Source: Eledone cirrhosa
Taxonomy: Eukaryota
DNA length: 64,000 nucleotides
NCBI GenBank assembly: GCA_964016885.1
Contig: OZ024740.1
Location: 425,754,001 to 425,818,000 of the forward strand
Direction of reading: 5' to 3'
The translations under genes and the position numbers were made by a program. Below the pieces are notes generated by a model. It saw only the letters and a list, made by a program, of their open reading frames with translations, made no database searches and was not told the DNA's origin. Below are positions 58,101-64,000 of this stretch, piece after piece. Position 1 is the stretch's first letter, and each line of letters begins with the position of its first letter.

Positions 58101-60619
58101 CCCATCTATACAGCCTTCAATAGCCTATTTCTCTAACCACATACCCCACCTCCCGTTCCCCAACTATACAGCCTTCAATAGCCTATTTCTCTAACCACAT
58201 ACCCCACCTCCCGCTCCCCAACTATACAGCCTTCAATAGCCTATTTCTCTAACCACATACCCCACCTCCCGTTCCCCATCTATACAGCCTTCAATAGCCT
58301 ATTTCTCTAACCACTACACCACCTCCAGTTCCCCATCTATACAGCCTTCAATAGCCTATTTCTCTAACCACTACACCATCTCCAGTTCCCCATCTATACA
58401 GCCTTCAATAGCCAATTTCTCTAACCACTACACCACCTCCCGTTCCCCATCTATACAGCCTTCAATAGCCTATTTCTCTAACCACATACCCCACCTCCCG
58501 TTCCCCAACTATACAGCCTTCAATAGCCTATTTCTCTAACCACATACCCCACCTCCCGCTCCCCAACTATACAGCCTTCAATAGCCTATTTCTCTAACCA
58601 CATACCCCACCTCCCGCTCCCCAACTATACAGCCTTCAATAGCCTATTTCTCTAACCACATACCCCACCTCCCGTTCCCCATCTATACAGCCTTCAATAG
58701 CCTATTTCTCTAACCACTACACCACCTCCAGTTCCCCATCTATACAGCCTTCAATAGCCTATTTCTCTAACCACATACCCCACCCACGTTCCCCATCTAT
58801 ACAGCCTTCAATAGCCTATTTCTCTAACCACATACCCCACCTCCCGTTCCCCATCTATACAGCCTTCAATAGCCTATTTCTCTAACCACATACCCCACCC
58901 ACGTTCCCCATCTATACAGCCTTCAATAGCCTATTTCTCTAACCACATACCCCACCCACGTTCCCCATCTATACAGCCTTCAATAGCCTATTTCTCTAAC
59001 CACATACCCCACCTCCCGTTCCCCATCTATACAGCCTTCAATAGCCTATTTCTCTAACCACATACCCCACCCACGTTCCCCATCTATACAGCCTTCAATA
59101 GCCTATTTCTCTAACCACATACCCCACCCACGTTCCCCATCTATACAGCCTTCAATAGCCTTTTTCTCTAACCACATACCCCACCCACGTTCCCCATCTA
59201 TACAGCCTTCAATAGCCTATTTCTCTAACCACATACCCCACCTCCCGTTCCCCAACTATACAGCCTTCAATAGCCTATTTCTCTAACCACATACCCCACC
59301 TCCCGCTCCCCAACTATAGAGCCTTCAATAGCCTATTTCTCTAACCACATACCCCACCTCCCGTTCCCCATCTATACAGCCTTCAATAGCCTATTTCTCT
59401 AACCACTACACCACCTCCAGTTCCCCATCTATACAGCCTTCAATAGCCTATTTCTCTAACCACATACCCCACCCACGTTCCCCATCTATACAGCCTTCAA
59501 TAGCCTATTTCTCTAACCACATACCCCACCTCCCGTTCCCCATCTATACAGCCTTCAATAGCCTATTTCTCTAACCACATACCCCACCCACGTTCCCCAT
59601 CTATACAGCCTTCAATAGCCTATTTCTCTAACCACATACCCCACCCACGTTCCCCATCTATACAGCCTTCAATAGCCTATTTCTCTAACCACATACCCCA
59701 CCTCCCGTTCCCCATCTATACAGCCTTCAATAGCCTATTTCTCTAACCACATACCCCACCCACGTTCCCCATCTATACAGCCTTCAATAGCCTATTTCTC
59801 TAACCACATACCCCACCCACGTTCCCCATCTATACAGCCTTCAATAGCCTATTTCTCTAACCACATACCCCACCTCCCGTTCCCCATCTATACAGCCTTC
59901 AATAGCCTATTTCTCTAACCACATACCCCACCCACGTTCCCCATCTATACAGCCTTCAATAGCCTATTTCTCTAACCACATACCCCACCCACGTTCCCCA
60001 TCTATACAGCCTTCAATAGCCTATTTCTCTAACCACATACCCCACCTCCCGTTCCCCATCTATACAGCCTTCAATAGCCTATTTCTCTAACCACATACCC
60101 CACCCACGTTCCCCATCTATACAGCCTTCAATAGCCTATTTCTCTAACCACATACCCCACCCACGTTCCCCATCTATACAGCCTTCAATAGCCTATTTCT
60201 CTAACCACATACCCCACCTCCCGTTCCCCATCTATACAGCCTTCAATAGCCTATTTCTCTAACCACATACCCCACATACGTTCCCCATCTATACAGCCTT
60301 CAATAGCCTATTTCTCTAACCACTACACCACCTCCCGTTCCCCATCTATACAGCCTTCAATAGCCTATTTCTCTAACCACTACACCACCTCCCGTTCCCC
60401 ATCTATACAGCCTTCAATAGCCTATTTCTCTAACCACTACACCACCTCCCGTTCCCCATCTATACAGCCTTCAATAGCCTATTTCTCTAACCACTACACC
60501 ACCTCCCGTTCCCCATCTATACAGCCTTCAATAGCCTATTTCTCTAACCACTACACCACCTCCTGTTCCCCATCTATACAGCCTTCAATAGCCTATTTCT
60601 CTAACCACTAAACCACCTC
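1145..60619 (+). repeat. 57/58-bp satellite array, ~1,030 head-to-tail units (type A: TAACCACATACCCCACCCACGTTCCCCATCTATACAGCCTTCAATAGCCTATTTCTC)
   Basis: Continuous single-orientation tandem repeat. Type A ccacataccccacccacg (57 bp), type B ccacataccccacctcccg (58 bp), type C ccactacaccacctcccg (57 bp). Copy number estimated as ~59.3 kb / ~57.3 bp. Confidence 0.98.
24990..25189. other. Assembly gap (200 N) inside the satellite
   Basis: Exactly 200 N; a round number suggests a scaffolding placeholder, so the true gap size is unknown. Confidence 0.97.
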
Positions 60620-60660
60620 ACAGGATATATTCTGCCTTTTATACAATTTTTCATTATTTC

Positions 60661-60838
60661 CTCGGTAGAGAGTCGGACACCCTGCTTTGGAGCATAGAGT
60701 TACGTCCCTTTATGATCTGAGTTCAAATCCCACTGACGTTAACTTTGCCTTTCATCCTTACGGGATCGATAAAAAAATAAATTACCAGTAATACACTGGT
60801 TAATTGCTGGCCTTGTGCCCAAAATAGAAGCAATTATT
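60661..60838 (+). mobile_element. Degenerate, internally deleted tRNA-derived SINE (octopus CORE-SINE / OR-type-like)
   Basis: Pol III B-box GTTCAAATC at 60721, then actttgcctttcatcct..cgggatcgataaa..accagt..cactgg and a 3' aattgctggccttgtgcc tail. This matches my recollection of the abundant octopus SINE; family name not verified by search. Confidence 0.7.
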
Positions 60839-61019
60839 TCCTATGACTTCTTCGTTCCGTCTTTCACTTTGCCTTATCCATCATTGAGCTGTTGGTTTGC
60901 GAGGTCTGTTTTTGTAATATATGTGTTGGTCTCAATCAGGTAGAAGAAATCCCTTTGATATATATGTTTGGATGCCCATTTGATGACTGTTGCTGGGACA
61001 AAATGTGTAGTTGTATGAT

Positions 61020-61521
<502 letters not shown>

Positions 61522-61564
61522 AAGAGTGAAGAATAACATGGTCGGCTGTACAAAAAGGGTTTTA

Positions 61565-61687
61565 TTTCAAGTATTAACAATTGTTTCATTGATCAGGTGA
61601 GTCTAAAGGCTGCTGATCACACGAAATTGAGTCACACGACCTTAAATACAGGGGGCGTCTCTGATCAAATCATCAGAATTCTGGAGA
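61565..61687 (-). ncRNA. Putative type-I hammerhead ribozyme motif (PLE/retrozyme-like, palindromic stem III)
   Basis: Minus strand: stem I 5' TCTCCAGAATT; CTGATGA (61676-61670); T; stem II TTGATCAG...CTGATCAA (8 bp, ~64-nt loop); T; GAAA (61587-61584); C-AATT-G; TT (GUU site); stem I' AATACTTGAAA (8/11 paired); then AATAAA. Confidence 0.6.
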
Positions 61688-61864
61688 GTGTAACACATAT
61701 CACTGGTACTTATCGATACATCGGAGATTCAAGTAAGTGAAAACAATAACACCAATAATAAAAGTTAAATAAATAAATAAATACAAGCATTTTTATTTTA
61801 TATATATATATATGTATATATTTGTTTTGCAAGGTTTTTGATATGAAAACGTGTGTCGAAACAA

Positions 61865-62236
61865 ATATTGTTATACTTGGGGAGGATCATATTGTTGTAA
61901 TATTGCCAGAAATAATAACGGAACACACTCACTGTTTGGTTGGTTTTCGCTTCTGTAGCTTTGAAAAAATGGCGTAGACATACAATACAATAGGAGGAAA
62001 CATAATAGTACCACTGATGATGTTGCAGATGTGCAACGAAAGTACTTTGATAGAGTATATATATATATTTATATCTGTATTTTTAACCGTTGGTCAGTCA
62101 GTGATAAACATGGATAGTCGAATGAATTAACTATGGAGATATACAAGATACAGAAGCGAAAACCAACCAAACAGTGAGTGTGTTCTGTCATTATTTCTGG
62201 CAATATTATTACAACAATATGACCCTCCCCAAGTAT

Positions 62237-62244
<8 letters not shown>
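61865..62244. repeat. Long inverted repeat (arms 61865-61957 and 62149-62244), MITE-like or fold-back
   Basis: 93/96-bp arms are reverse complements with 3 substitutions and one 3-bp indel; 191-bp spacer; right arm runs into (TA)n. Confidence 0.88.
62009..62052 (+). ncRNA. Putative minimal type-I hammerhead ribozyme motif
   Basis: TACCA; CTGATGA (62014-62020); T; GTTGCA-gatg-TGCAAC (perfect 6-bp stem II); GAAA (62038-62041); GTAC; TT; TGATA (stem I 4/5 paired). Stem III lies in the palindrome AAAGTACTTT. Confidence 0.6.
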
Positions 62245-62305
<61 letters not shown>

Positions 62306-62340
62306 TATAATATATATATATATAATATATATATATATAT
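62241..62340. repeat. (TA)n microsatellite
   Basis: Direct reading. Confidence 0.95.
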
Positions 62341-62530
62341 AACGAAGGAAATGTGGTAAGGAACCAGGTGGACCATAACGCACCAAAGTACTCAATACTT
62401 AGGGTAGTAGAATGGGTAATAGGAACGAGTAGGACCCCGACGGCTGAGCTCAAGCCGTTTCGACGGCTAATTTTAGTCCAGAATTAGCCATCGAAACGGC
62501 TTGAGCTCAGACTTCGGGGTCCTACTCGTT

Positions 62531-62535
<5 letters not shown>
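62341..62535 (+). mobile_element. ~195-bp TA-embedded repeat element with terminal 117-bp hairpin (copy 1; strand arbitrary)
   Basis: 62352-62421 matches the reverse complement of 63262-63331 at 63/70; 62419-62535 is a hairpin with 54-bp arms (51/54 paired); (TA)n on both sides. Confidence 0.6.

Positions 62536-62614
<79 letters not shown>
62533..62614. repeat. Compound (TA)n(GA)n microsatellite
   Basis: Direct reading. Confidence 0.95.
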
Positions 62615-62615
<1 letters not shown>

Positions 62616-62616
<1 letters not shown>

Positions 62617-63052
62617 AATTTCATATTTCTAAAGAAACACGGTATGTTTACAGGTAAATATTTAGAAAGCCGTAGCTATGCAAAAAAAAAAACACCGGGG
62701 TTAACGCCTTCTGGTGGTGTCCAGCAGAAGCGAGGGGTATAATCGTCGATGCATTTCAGACTTGCCTGGTTTTCCTCAGGACGATCCTTGCCACACTTGC
62801 AACAGCTGGACTTGAAAACAATCGAGAATATATAGTTTGCTCGTCTGTGTAAATGAGGTGATTAATCTCATTTACATATGAAGCTGAATAAGTTCACTCA
62901 ACTTATAATAGAATAGAATTAGGATTTAGCTTCAGGCATAGTTGTGTACAGTTATGTATAGAAATTTTGTATTTCTAAAGAAACATGGCATGTTTACAGG
63001 TAAACAATTAGAAAGCCATAGCTATGCCAAAAACACCGGGCTAACGCCCTCT
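62616..63052 (+). repeat. Direct repeat pair (62616-62712 and 62962-63052), period ~346 bp
   Basis: aaattt..tatttctaaagaaaca.gg.atgtttacaggtaaa.a.ttagaaagcc.tagctatgc...aaacaccggg..taacgcc occurs twice. Confidence 0.88.
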
Positions 63053-63056
63053 CTCT

Positions 63057-63184
<128 letters not shown>

Positions 63185-63340
63185 AAAGAGTCAGAACCCC
63201 TACTGCTGAGCTCCGGCCCTTTCGACCTTTCGACAGCTAGATCCGAATTTGACTCTTTTCATATTACCCACTCTACCACCCTAAGTATTGAGTACTCTGG
63301 TACGTTATGGTCCTCCTGGTTTCGTACCACACCCTCTTTG
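63185..63340 (-). mobile_element. Second, inverted and more decayed copy of the TA-embedded hairpin element
   Basis: 70-bp segment 90% identical to copy 1 in reverse; 63185-63240 resembles one hairpin arm (gagt..gacccc....gctgagctc....tttcgac.gcta); aaagagtca/tgactcttt remain self-complementary; (TA)n on both sides. Confidence 0.58.
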
Positions 63341-63382
<42 letters not shown>

Positions 63383-63395
63383 CATATATATTTAT
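63341..63395. repeat. (TA)n microsatellite
   Basis: Direct reading. Confidence 0.92.
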
Positions 63396-63471
63396 AACCA
63401 CTCTATTAAACCAAATTGCACCGCATTGAACTGGAAGATACAATGTTTCAAGTGATATAAACATAACGAAC

Positions 63472-63608
63472 ATAATAATAATAATAATAATAATGGTAAG
63501 AAGAAGAAGAAGAACAACAACAACAACAACAACAACAACAAAAACAACAACAACAACAACAACAAACAACAACTACAACAACAACGACAACAAAAACACC
63601 AATAATAA
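63472..63608. repeat. Compound trinucleotide microsatellite (AAT)n-(AAG)n-(AAC)n
   Basis: Successive AAT, AAG and AAC runs, degenerating at the 3' end. Confidence 0.93.
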
Positions 63609-63848
63609 TTTTTTATCTTTTTATAATAAGAATTTGGAGTATTTTTTAATTTCCTCTTATGTTTTTTTCCTCATTTTTTCTGCTAACAACAACAATAAAT
63701 TAATAATAAATATAATAAAACCTAGGAAAACTGAAACAAGACTCCCTGATTTACGATCTTTAATATTCCACAGACGAGTAAGTTTAAAACAGCAAAAATA
63801 TAATGTACTGGATATAGAACAAACTAAAGACATCAGTTGACTTGGTAT

Positions 63849-63849
<1 letters not shown>

Positions 63850-63905
<56 letters not shown>

Positions 63906-63938
63906 CTCTCTGTGTGTGTATGTATATATATATGTGTG

Positions 63939-64000
<62 letters not shown>
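63850..64000. repeat. (TA)n/(TG)n microsatellite running off the window edge
   Basis: Direct reading. Confidence 0.93.

Noticed and set aside
1145-60619. CRISPR-like look (constant ~39 bp plus variable ~18 bp)
   Set aside because: The variable part is drawn from a few closely related alleles, not unique spacers; no cas genes; eukaryotic context.
1145-60619. One + frame is open through A units (NHIPHPRSPSIQPSIAYFS) and C units (NHYTTSRSPSIQPSIAYFS)
   Set aside because: Frequent 58-bp B units shift into frames with TAA/TAG; no start context; all minus frames are closed. No sign of coding constraint.
60700-60760. tRNA gene suggested by the B-box
   Set aside because: No cloverleaf; downstream sequence is SINE body.
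62482-62510. CGAAAC in the long hairpin as a hammerhead part
   Set aside because: No CUGANGA box or stem III geometry on either strand.
63431-63450. Minus-strand GAAAC-ATT-GTA, a possible hammerhead half
   Set aside because: No CUGANGA box or stem II before the microsatellite; too short to support.
63378-63840. ORFs with poly-V/T/N/R tracts
   Set aside because: Translations of the trinucleotide microsatellite.

Overview
Non-coding, repeat-dominated eukaryotic DNA; no credible protein-coding gene, tRNA/rRNA gene or CRISPR array. The SINE remnant and microsatellite style suggest an octopus/cephalopod genome (from recall, not a search). About 93% of the window (1145-60619) is one head-to-tail 57/58-bp C-rich satellite of roughly 1,030 units, split by a 200-N scaffold gap. 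It is built from three main unit types, with regional domains, local higher-order repeats and a rare-variant cassette recurring ~37-39 kb apart. To its left is an exact 20 x 32-bp GC-rich minisatellite with a 7-mer higher-order period. The last 3.4 kb is a mosaic of (TA)n tracts with short structured elements between them: a tRNA-derived SINE remnant, two type-I hammerhead-ribozyme-like motifs with palindromic stem III (the form found in Penelope-like elements and retrozymes), a 93/96-bp inverted repeat, a 117-bp near-perfect hairpin in a two-copy element, and a 346-bp-period direct repeat rich in hairpins. The hammerhead/retrozyme-like cluster is the most interesting signal. All coordinates and counts were read by eye.
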